A stretch of 63,292 bases of DNA, filler included, from Atractiella rhizophila (Eukaryota): NCBI GenBank assembly GCA_021432655.1. It is 4 parts of 4 records of this genome, joined end to end, with 100 filler letters (N's around TTAATTAATTAA, not from the genome) between each part and the next. Parts side by side here need not be neighbours in the genome. Positions count along the whole stretch, not along the records: positions 1 to 28,675 come from MU271193.1; 3 more parts are not named here. One strand, given 5' to 3'. The position numbers and the translations under genes were made by a program. The notes below the pieces were generated by a model, which did no database searches, was not told the origin of the DNA, and saw nothing but the letters and a program-made list of their open reading frames with translations. Below are positions 1-10,600 of this stretch, in pieces (position 1 is the stretch's first letter; every line of letters starts with the position of its first letter).

Positions 1-1298
1 TCAATGGACCTGAGCGTCCTGAACTCCACTCTCGTTGAAAAACAAACACTTTCCTTTCTTACTCACCACTAAGACAGAATCTAATTTCTCGTTTTTCTTT
101 TCTTTGAGTTGTGTTGAGCCTCGACATCAGAGCCTTTCAATGGTAAATATTGCTACAAGCATCCCTTGATCCCTTCGTCCAGGTGCAAACGATTTGAGTG
201 AGAGTGAAAGCCTCCAGTCAGGTATATGAGCAACCCTCTGTATAGGTTTGCAAATTTGGATTCTCCACTTACCTTCATGACAGGTTCAAACACAATCGCT
301 CCGGCCATCAATCAGCGCTGGCGCCTCAGCCAATTGTTTGACGCGTTCTCGGTACCTTCTCCGCTACTCCTGCCATTGGACCCAAAAGTCCACCAGCACT
401 CTCAGTGATACTCCCAGTTCGGTCGCAACCACACCTCTCTCAACACCGAGGTTACCACAGCCAGAGTTGTCCCCTACCACATCATACTGCCATCATTGAT
501 TGGTTCTCAGCGGACATAATTCTAATTCTAATAGGGATCAATCGATGGCTGCACAAAACACGCATCGCTACACCTCCCATTCTCCATCCTCCCTCCTCCT
601 CCGGTCATTCAAGGGGCTAAGTATTGCATAATCGTTCCTCTTCCTGGTCGTCAAGAACTCTGCCAAAGGGGAACGGCGCACATTTTCCTATCCTTATTCG
701 TGTAGCTTACCGTTTTGTTTCTATGCGAACGCAGGACTGAGAATCGCTGAGAAAGTCATTATCTAACTTTTCCATACATTTGGGTGTTTTAGGTACGCAT
801 ACTTCATTGTTACTTATGCTTCTATGTTCCTTTTCTTGCACTATGCAAACCATGTTTTAGAACCCATTATTTCGAACTCACCGCCGCTAAACGAGCCTTG
901 CCAGCTCTCACTTAGTCGCGTTACACCCAGCTTGCAAGGGAAACTGGTTCAGTCGAATACTGGAGCACTGTAGTCACTGTAACGTCCCTGATATCTTTGA
1001 GATGCCTTCTTATTCGCACTAAAGGAAAGCAGGGACTTCTGCTGGGCGGCTTGAGATTATTATTCATTAACTCATTATTCACGCTCTCTTCTCCAAAGTA
1101 AACATTCCGATTCCCGCGATAGCTTTTCAACGGAAGTATCGATTTTGCCGTCATTTCAACGTTGCTCGTCATCGCGCGGATCGCGAAGGAGCCATTAGCG
1201 AGCGGAAAGAACGAACCTTGACAAGCTCAAAGCTTGAAGTCTTCTCGCTTTGTCACAAACGCAAATCGCACGCAAATCGTCTGCAGCCAGGGAGGCGC

Positions 1299-2173
1299 TG
1301 AAGAGAGATACAACTTCCTTACTTCCTAGTGTTTAGTTTGAGCAACCGCAAAGAGTCTAGAACGAAGGGAAAAAGCCCGACCGGCCTATAGAGTGTCGGA
1401 GGCACTAGAGATGTAGACACCAACCCTGGACGAGCTGAAACTCACACTCGAAGCCGGACTGTGTTAGCTGCCGTCAGAGAACCTTCAACTCCAGAACCTG
1501 ACGTTCACATGGTCAAGTAAGAAGGCTACCGAGAGGGCGAACCCAGTGCTCTAGTTCCTAACACGACAAGTTCCAAAAACCGGACGAGGAGCGATGCTCG
1601 ACCTACCTAAACTCCTAAAAAGAAGACCCTGTTGGCTCTAAGCTACAGCCTCTATGCTGAGTATGTACATGGGTAGTGTTAGCTGCTGGAGATAGGTAAG
1701 TTGTTGGTGGTTCAAAGAGTTTAGAAACCTACAGTGCTAGAGAAGAACGTTCACACATAAACTGACCTAAAGTAAAACACCTGTTTCTGTAGAGTACAAG
1801 TAACGTTATCTACGGACTGGACCCAAGATACAACTAACACCTTTGACTTCTCAGGTTGTAGCAGAGAAGGCTAAAAGAGCTTAGAAAACTGACGGGGTTC
1901 CAGGTGTGTAATATGGAAATGCCGTGATTGCATCGTCACCTTTTTTCAGTAGACCACCAGGGGTCGCAGTCTGTGTCTCTAATCCCCTTTCACTTACACA
2001 AGACCAGGCTCGACACCCCGCTGGGTCTCTACCTACATGATAACGGAAGTGACTCTCCCAAAGGGGTAGAGCTTTCACTTAACACCGTCGTGTGGAAAGT
2101 GTCTAAATGCTACCCTGGCAAATCCGAAATGAAACTAGAGCGAATACCACTTCTTCTGCTTAAAGCTACCACT
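1299..2173. other. Mirror-encoded 3' half of a paralog of the F-box-like gene at 13627-15395 (read the complement left-to-right)
   Basis: The complement translates RWRFSDLASLFRAGRISHSLRDLYICGWDLLDFE...CKCTSSFFRWLSRL...FWPAPRYE...EIRLIHVPIT...ISSC/intron/CLTWFYVDCG...DCPKVHTLYL...FWSELWGDPE...EFRW*. This is colinear with RWHSADLLYLFHQGRTSDRLSSLYLVAWDLLDFE...CKVTASFIRWASRL...FWPSPHHE...EIRLRHLPIT...LSSC/SLSWLYIDCG...HCPKLVTLYL...YWGELWGAPE...FFRW*. There are several 1-nt frameshifts, mostly in homopolymer runs. Confidence 0.93.
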
Positions 2174-2394
2174 CAGTTACCCATTTGACGAATTACTCAA
2201 AGAGGTGCTGACACTAGGTCCTTACTGGCATAGCAGAACAACTATCAACACATAGCGCCCCGCCTTTGTACACGTATCGCCTTTATCATTTGCGAAATCT
2301 ATCTTGCATATTTTAGTATAATTGTTATAAGAAAGTATGTTAACAAAGAGAACTTTTTTCTCTGGGAGCGACGAACTGCGACTACAAAGAAGTC

Positions 2395-2937
2395 AATGAG
2401 GAGTCAAGGGGGTGCTCGCTCCGGAGGAAAGGACGGGAGGTGTACTCCTAGCCCAGGTCTGCGGGGTGGATAGGCGGGGTAAATACATTCCTTACAAGCA
2501 GTCTATTTTCCTCTGTCTGGTTTTGGCACGAGTCCTAAGCAAGAGAACAGTCCACACGGCAGGAAGAAGTTAGGTGGACAGTTGTACTTATTGTACTCGC
2601 AGAACTGCAGGTCGGGATTACCTTTCGGCTTTCCGCCTAACGCACCCTGTTTGGTACGAGGAAACCAGACATTCATAGTGAAGGTGGAGGCGGTCTTCTA
2701 AGTATTAGAAGTCATCAGAGCTGTCGAACAAGCACTGCTCGTAGTCGCGGACGAACAGGACGTGAGTTCAGTTCTACAATTGTTTTGTTAAAAAGATTTG
2801 TCTCCTCCTCACTGACTTGGTCGAAGTCCTAACAATCGAAACTTGGAGTACAGACCCGACGGCAGAACGGATGTACGTTTCATTTGTAGTTGTACGGGAA
2901 TTGTGTGTTCGTCTCGTGTGAATCATCCAGGCCAGTA
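2395..2937. other. Mirror-encoded complete 5-exon gene for a ~100-aa Gly-rich hydrophilic protein (read the + strand right-to-left, without complementing)
   Basis: ATG at 2937-2935, four GT..AG introns, TAA at 2397-2395. Spliced product: MTGPTKQDGSPDMRFKANNPEAGQAGADARHEQAVETTEDYESSGGGGSDTYRPKEHGGLKKDGTPDKRTNPEHGFGGASGPDPHVEGRKGGLARGGTEE. It has two K-x-DG-[ST]-PD-x-R motifs and a KGG motif. TATAAAA lies at 3035-3029 in the same reading. Confidence 0.9.
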
Positions 2938-3357
2938 CAACTACAACCGGACACTATAACATATGAGAAAACGGACAATAGCTTACAAGACTCAAACTAC
3001 CCAGGAACTGTCGCTCTCATCTCGTCATAAAATATCGAAACCCTCATCCTCCTCGTCTTCGATACTGCACTTTCCTGCAGTTTTTTGCATAGCTTATTGT
3101 CAAGGAGTAAAGGAGTCATGGCTAGAAGGGGTTTAGGGCGAAACAAGGTCGACTAAGATCAGGTTGCATGCTCGAGGTTGCTAAGGCTAAGGTCAGGGCG
3201 GTTGATACTTCCTCCTGCCAACGGAAGCCGACGTAAGTTATGTTGTCAGCTACGCGGTCGTGTTGTAACCGCCACTGTGACTCCCCGAAAGGTTGTCGTT
3301 ACCCTTTTCTTCTGGACTATAACAAACGCGTTTCCACTGTTTTAGTGACTAATACAA

Positions 3358-3382
3358 NNNNNNNNNNNNNNNNNNNNNNNNN
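3358..3382. other. Assembly gap (25 N)
   Basis: Run of exactly 25 N between the mirror block and the LINE. Confidence 0.99.
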
Positions 3383-6033
3383 TGAAAAAGCCTCTCTACT
3401 TCACTCCTCCTTCAACCCCTCTGCTCGCAGATGCGATCTCTCTGACATTCCACACCCCAATCCCCCCCTCCATCCCCTTCCCGCCCCCTAAAAATTGAGG
3501 AGATTGACGAAGCAATAGACAGGATTAAAACAGGCTCAGCGCCAGGACTCTCGGGCATTTCCAACAAGATGATAAAAGAGGTCAAGTTGGAGATCCGCCA
3601 CCACCTCCACAACATCTTCTCTGCCTGCTACCTAACAGGGTACTACCCCTCAGCCTGGAAACGCTTTACGACGGTTATCCTTCGAAAGCCCAAACGAGCG
3701 GACTATTCCCTTCCCTCAGCCTACAGGCCATTGCTCTCCTAGACTGTGTCGCGAAGGTCTTTGATGGCATCATTTCAGCCAGACTCACCTTCCACGCAGA
3801 GAGCAATGGAGCCCTCCCCTCCCATCACTTCGGTGCTAGGCCGGGTAGATCCACCAATGACGCTTTACTGACAGTTACGGAATTCATAAGAGAGGGCTGG
3901 AGGAACGGAGAAGTAACAGCATCGGTCTCGCTGGACGTCAAAGGCGCTTTCCCAACCGTGGTCCATGCACGCCTCATCGACAACTTAAGAAAGAGGGCAG
4001 TGCCGGAATGCGAGCTCGAGATCATCGAGGCATGGCTCCAAGATAGAGAGACTACCTACAACTTTGACGGCTATACCTCGAAGCCATTCGTCCTAGCAGT
4101 AGGACTAGCTCAAGGATCCCCCCTCTCTCCAATTCTATACTTATTTTACAATGCTGATCTCCTTGAATTACAGGGGCCAGAAGGGGAATCTCTCAAATGC
4201 GGGTTCGTAGACGACATCCACATGAATGCCCGTGCGACTAACCCAGAACGGGCTATTGCGAATCTCGAGGTGATGCTTGATAAAGCAATGGCCTGGGGTG
4301 AGAAACACGGTGCGATATTTGAGGAAGCCAAGACAGACTTTGTCCTCTATGGGAAACTAAAGAGGATGAAGTCCAGATTTGGGCACCTCACCATTCGTGT
4401 CGGATCTACAACCATATCGCAGTCACTGGAGATGAAGTACCTCGGAATGCTCCTTGATTCCAGGTTGACGTTCAACTCTCACCTAAAAGCGATTGAGAAG
4501 AAGGCGAAGTCGTCGCTCTCCCTTCTGGCAACGCTCTCCAATACGACGAAAGGCATCCCTCTATCTCATTATCGGCGCCTCTTCGAGGCTGCAGTTTGTG
4601 CTATGACGGACAACAACGCGATAATCTGGCATCACTTGGGGAAAAAGAGCGGAGGAGCAGAGCGCTTAGAGATAGTCCAACGTTACGCCCAGAGACTGAT
4701 ACTTGGAGCTTTCCGTACCACCCCAGCAACTGCTCTCGCTTACGACTCAAATCTACCTCCGGCAGTGGCACGTCTCGACAAAGTTGCTACAAGAGCAATG
4801 CTCAGATTACTCTCCCTCCCCGATTCCAACCCAGCAGGCAAGATCGCGAAAGGAAAGCTCAACTCACCCCCACCAAAAAAGCATCTATCCCCACTCAACT
4901 CGCTCCTGCTCTCCGATCACTTAAATTTTCCCAAGGATCTTGAAATCATTCCGGCCTACACCACCCATCCAGGTCACTCCCCGCCATTTGACACCTACAT
5001 CGCGGACTCGAAGGAAGAGGCCATGCAGGACTTCAAGAAGCTAAAGGAGGAAGAGGACATCTGGATATTCTCGGATGGCTCAAGAACGGAGGAAGGGGTA
5101 GCATGCGGTCTGGCGATGACGAATCCGGAAAGCAAGGCAGGCTATAGGCTCAGCAACCAGGACGACAACACCATCTTCGAGGCAGAACTCATGGGAATAG
5201 ATCGAGCCCTAGCTCTAGGCACGGCACTCAACATTTCCAAAGGAACAGTCTCATCCCTCCGCATCTTCACGGACTCTCAGGCAGCGATCAAAAACCTGAC
5301 GAAGAAACCAAGGTGCAAACCAGGAGTTGGCATCGTCCTCAACATCAACAGGTTGGCCGACAAATTTCGAAGACTTTACCCTACCTGCTCCATCTCCCTC
5401 CACTGGATACCAGGACACAGCAACATCAAAGGTAACGAGCTAGCGGATGCGGCAGCTAACAGTGCAACAGATCCAGAAACTGCAACAGGACACATCGTCA
5501 TCTCGAGAAGCCCAGCCGCACTCAAAGCGATCATCACAACAAATCGATTCACTCCCAAAGAGGCCTCTCCCCCCCCATCCGGCAAGCACCACCACTCTCT
5601 ATCTCGTCGACTCTCCCCGGATCAAACCTTCGACATGCTGAAGGAAATGCCACGCGCCCAAGCGTCAATCTTCGTCCAGCTACGTTCAGGCCACACCTCC
5701 ATCAACAATTACCTCCACCGTATCGGGGCATCAGAAGAACCGTCATGCAACTTTTGCGGAATGAGGGACACAGTCACCCACCTTTTTTTCGAATGTGAGG
5801 AACACGAGGACGAAAGGAAGAAACTTAGGAGCAGGCTGAGGAAGAAGGACATCAAATTCAGGTCACTTAGCGACCTCCTAAGCGAACCTGAGGCTACGCA
5901 AGCAGTGTGGGAATTCATCAGGAAGAGCGGGAAGTTCAGCTTATGGATCAAAAGGGCTCAAAGGGTGCTGGATAGGAGGAAAGAAGAGAGGAAAAAGAGG
6001 GCGGAAAGTAGAGGGGAAGAGCAAGAGGAGTGA
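3383..6033 (+). CDS. LINE ORF2 (reverse transcriptase, RNase H, CCHC finger), partial
   Basis: RT motifs SAPGLSGI, YRP(I)ALL, HFGARPGRST, LDVKGAF, QGSPLSP, FVDD, KYLG. RNase H motifs FSDGS, EAELMGI, TDSQAAI, HWIPGH, GNELAD. Zinc finger CNFCG..TVTHLFFEC. Two frameshifts in C-runs near 3470-3490 and 3730. Confidence 0.93.
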
Positions 6034-6473
6034 GAGGAGTGGGAAGACTAGGAAAACAAGTTATGTCTAATCTCACTCTCTACCTATCTAAGGCACCTTC
6101 TGCAGGATCCTACCATACCAGGAAAACCAATGGCCTTGAACACTAGAGTCGATTATACTTGAGGAGGACTCCATTACATCGTCACCGCATTTCGAAAACT
6201 ACAACCATTCATACCATAGCCATCGCGATTTAGTAACCCCCCATCCGCTTCTTACTCTCATCGACAACATTACTTTTCAAGGGGAATTCAGGGGGCTTCT
6301 TTTTACTTACACCTTACACACAATTAGCTGATTCATTACTCCCGGCACACTATCATCGTTCAGTTTGTTTCGGCTAGATACTTCTCTTTCTCCAAATGTG
6401 ACTTCCCCCAAATGTAGAGCTACGTTGACTATAGTCTGAAAGCTCTGAAATATGATCACAACAACAACAACAA
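3383..6473 (+). mobile_element. Non-LTR retrotransposon (fungal Tad-like LINE); 5' part lost in the gap
   Basis: RT, RNase H and C-terminal zinc-finger ORF, then a ~420-nt 3' UTR ending in TGAAATATGA and an (ACA)n tail at 6458-6473. Confidence 0.93.
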
Positions 6474-6601
6474 GCTTGTATTCCATGATGTCAGCACTGA
6501 AACCTCCTCTATAGGCTTATTAGATATGTATGGTTTCTAGAATACCTTTACAGTAACTCCTGCAGGGGTAATTACAGCCAATCTGAAAGGAATGGAAAAG
6601 A

Positions 6602-7545
6602 TCAGTCGTAATCTCCTCCACCTAAAAGAGGCCAGTCAATTAGTCAGCAGTTGCGGAAACAGAAGAATGATAGAAAACGCACCGCCATCATCTCCTCCTC
6701 CTTCGAGATCGTCAATATTAGGCCCATCCCTATCCTCCCCGTTATCGAAATAGTTATCTCCGTAATCGCCCTCCTCATCTTCATCGACGTCTTCGTCTTC
6801 GACCAATATTGTCTCTTCTGCTTCAACCTCTTGGTCCTGCTCTTCATCCCCTTCCTACTCGCATGATAAATACTAGAGAACGAAAGAGAAAGAGGTCAGC
6901 GAACCTGCTCAGCTTGCTCCCCTTGCTTCTCAAGCTCATCAAGAGTCTTATACAAATCTTCTTTCTTCCTCTTTCGCACTTTCTTTTCCGGTATGCCAGC
7001 TCCAGTAGGTCTGATACCTTCAAAATAAGGATCCCAGACGAGTTTCTTGGGAAAGAAATCCGGGTTGTATAGACCACGGTATGAGAAGCTGTTCATTCTT
7101 TCGCTCGTGCGAGTTTGCAGGCGAGAGTATCGATCAGAGTAGCGCTCGATTGTCGGCTTTGCTGCCCCAATAAGTTAAATTAATGGTGAACGGAAAGATG
7201 GATCAAAAAGGAGAACCTTTCTTGATGCTCTCTTCGTCGCGATAGTAAGGGCCAAAACGCACGTTGTCCCTCATCCTCCTCCCAATTCGGTACGCCTTCC
7301 TCTCTCGCTCATCCGTCTCCGGGGTTTCAGGAAGGGTCATATCCTGTTCTAATCTTCAATTCGAAATCCTGAGGCATGCGGAGGAAACATGGACGCACGG
7401 GGTACAGACCTTTTTCTCCCTCCCGCTGAGCGAACGCGCTCACTTCCGCGATTGTGAGTCCTCCCAACATGGACGCTTCATAGATGGCAGCTTTAGGCTT
7501 CCCACCACCTCCGCGACCTCCACCTCGTCCACCACGGAAGCTCAT
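6602..7545 (-). CDS. RPC31: RNA polymerase III subunit C31 (Rpc31/RPC7)
   Basis: N-terminus MSFRGGRGGGRGG, LYP motif, ERYSDRY, FFP..L, and an acidic C-terminus DYGDNYFDNGED...GGDYD*. Multi-exon. Confidence 0.85.
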
Positions 7546-7660
7546 GTTGAATCGAAAGAGTAGATAAACGCTGAAGTGATAAATGAAAGGACAGCTAGTT
7601 TCTAGGTCAGTCACGATTCATAGAACGGAAGCTTGTGTGTAGCTCCACTTTTATCACAAA

Positions 7661-10600
7661 AAAACTCGGTGAGATGAATTCCTTTAATTCCTTCATAGTC
7701 AAAACAATTCCCCTGTTAATTTCTAACAGTACAGTTCTGCTATTTAGTGAATAGACTCTAATTAAGCCGTCTTTGTTTAGTTCCCCATTAATATTGTCTG
7801 CCAGTAGCTCTCCTTCTTGAATATGGTACAACGAGAAGAAGTTATATCTATTGGCAAACTGAGGCACGACTGAGATAATGCTGACCGCTGCAACTCGTCC
7901 AAGAGCATGTCAGATACGGGAAAGAGATAAGACATAATTCGGCGTTCACCGATGCACCGTTGTGTCCTTATAGTCTGAAGAATGGTGGTAACCTTGAATA
8001 GAGCAACTGCAATCAGCCAGGACTGGGAGTCGAGTCGGCTAAAATCACTGACACACCAGATTGTAGGACCATCCTTCAGGGTCAGCCTAGTGACTGGCGC
8101 ACGCAAGTCGTTAGAGATCTCTGTGACGTGCCTGACCTGCAGCCTAGGGCAAGCAAGGTGAAGTCGTCAAGGATGTTAAGAGAGAGATTCGCAATGGTCA
8201 CATAGAAAGCATAGAGAGCGCGTTTCAGACATGGATAAGGTCGATGCCAAGTTGCAACATTCCGCGCGATATTGCCTCATTTGATGTAAAGCAATACAGG
8301 ACAAAGCAGAGAACATTGTCTTCAGAGCATGAACGGCTGCAAGCCGAAATGTAAAAGTTCAAGAAAGGGAAGTAACCAATAAAGCCAAATCGTCAAAAGA
8401 GACCTTACCTCTATGTGGGGATACCCAAGCCACTGCCTAATGCCTAAGCGAGCAGTTGTCCTGCTTTTCTCTGAACACTGATCACCTTTCCTCAGTCGGA
8501 ACCTTGTCAACTTTGCTTGTTTGAAAAATTTGCTCCCGACACCCGCATCCGCGACGACGCTGGACCAAACATAACATACAGTTGCCCCTGAAAACGACAA
8601 AATAAAATGTCGAAAAGACGCGCAGAAAAGCAGTTGACAGATACGTGAGTATCCTGTCTTGAAGGTTGGACGTGATTTTCTGATGTGTTTTCAGAAACTG
8701 GCAGGACGCGGATCAAGATGAGGGGAACGAGTCTGTAGACTCTGACGGTCCTTTCAAGAGAGCGGACGACAGGGAACTGTCAGGAAGGAAAATTCGGAAG
8801 CTGCCTAGTGTCCGGAGAGGATTGACTGCTCCTGCCTCTGGAGCTGCCCCAGCTTTTGGTTTTGGAGTTTCACCGTCGCCTCCGCCTGGACTTACTCCTT
8901 CTAGTTTGGTGAGTCCTTTGTACGATAGCATTGGGGAGGGATATGTATTTACGACTGGTGTGCTTGTTCGCTTTCTCGGGAACAGCCCCTCAGTCCTCTC
9001 GACGCAAACCTCCAATATTACATGTCCCTGCGCGGCCTCAATGTCTCCCTTATCTCGCACCTCCAAAGTGTAGTAGACAAGGACCCGTTCGCTGATCTCT
9101 CCACTGTCCTCGCGTCCGCTCTGCCGATGTATACAAAGGAAAGGACTGGTGCAAACGCAAAGAAGGCCAGCAACAATCCTGTCAACCCTCCCGCTGAGGT
9201 TGCGAGTGAGAAAGGGCCAGAGAAGTCTGTTGGAGTAATAGAGGCGAAGGCAACGGAGGAAGCTGTTGGAGAGAAAGTTAAAAAGAACTTGTTCGGAGGG
9301 TTTACGCCTGTGACAACCAAAGTACCACCAGCCCCTGCTTCCACGGAAGTTAGTGGAACCGGAGACAAGAAAGAAGAAAAGAAACCCCTATTTGGAGGAT
9401 TCGGCGGTTTTGGTGGTGCCACTGTGGGCTCTTCTTTCGCTACGATCGCCCCATCTTTTGGTGCTCCAACGATAACTTCGTCGACATTTGGTGCACCAAA
9501 AGCGGAGGAGAAGAAAGAAGAGAAGAAGAGCTTGTTTGGAGCATTTGGAGGCACGACGTCGGAGAAGGAGAAGACGAGTACTGGCGCTTTTGGAGCTTTC
9601 ACTGGCTTTGGAGGGCCGAAGAAGGAAGAGCCGAAGGAGGAACCGAAACCTGCCACTCCTTCTCCATCCATGCCTTCTGTACCTTCCGCCTTTTCTTTCG
9701 GCGGGAAGACGATATCTTCTACGAACACCACTGGCGGAGCAACCGCACTCCCGCCGTCACCAGGTGGCTTTACGTTCAAACCTTCCTCCTCTTCGACAAC
9801 GTCTACCTCGACAAGTGCATTCTCGCTCCCCTCGCCTGCTTCCGCAAGCGTACCGGCTACGCTCAGCTTCGGAGGTTTGAAGACAGCGAACAAGCCGGAC
9901 CGTCCGAGCCCTTTGCGGGTTAGTGAAAGTGCTGACAACCTCTCGAGCACGTCTGGCCCGTCGAAAGAGTCAGACGCTGCGGGAGAGAAGAAGGGTGCAC
10001 CAGCATTTACCTTCGGAAAGACGAATACACCATTCGCATTCACCACGCCGAAGACACCTCCAAAGCCGACAGGGTTCGGTACAATTGGCGGACCAAAAGC
10101 TTCGCCCCCTGCTGCCAGTATTGGGTTCTCGTTCGGCGGTGCAGGCGCATCTCCCTTCACATTTAACCCTCTACCTACATCTACCACTGCAACCACCGCG
10201 CCGGGAAAGACGGTCTTGGCTCCCACAAACTCAACCACCGAGACCGAAGAAGAGGCTGAGGAAGGGCCATTGAGTCCTTCGGAGCGAGATGGGACGGAAA
10301 ATCTGTTTCTCAAGGGACCACGAAAACTCGGTGAGATGAATTCCTTCAATTCCTTCACAGTCAAAACAATTCCCCTGTTAATTTCTAACAGTACAGTTCT
10401 GCTATTTAGTGAATAGACTCTAATTAAGCCGTCTTTATTTAATTCCCCATTAATATCGTCTGCCAGTAGCTCTCCTTCATGAATATGGTACAACGAGAAG
10501 AAGTTATATCTATTGGCAAACTGAGGCACGACTGAGATAATGCTGACCGCTGCAACTCGTCCAAGAGCATGTCAGATACGGGAAAGAGATAAGACATAAT

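Larger units (their letters stand above)
1298..3357. other. Mirror-oriented block (reversed but not complemented relative to natural DNA)
   Basis: No credible ORFs in six frames, and TA/TAG/CTA look over-represented by eye. The plain complement read left-to-right, or the given strand read right-to-left, gives spliced fungal genes with GT..AG introns. The left boundary is approximate (1290-1300) and the right boundary is the 25-N gap. Confidence 0.95.

Noticed and set aside
1..1297. Extension of the mirror block, or a recognisable gene, in the first 1.3 kb
   Set aside because: AT exceeds TA as in natural DNA and the complement shows no homology. Intron-like signals exist on the + strand, but I could not build a supportable gene model.
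1298..3357. Mirror block as evidence of a new parallel-strand or reverse-polarity replication system
   Set aside because: No known mechanism. The adjacent 25-N gap and homopolymer indels favour a software error. It should be revisited only if raw reads match the printed orientation.
1881..3491. Short ORFs from the track inside the mirror block
   Set aside because: Chance frames in reversed sequence; one of them runs through the N gap.
7607..7867. 86-aa AT-rich minus-strand ORF upstream of RPC31
   Set aside because: No recognisable motif, a non-ATG start, and a similar number of silent and replacement differences between the two copies.
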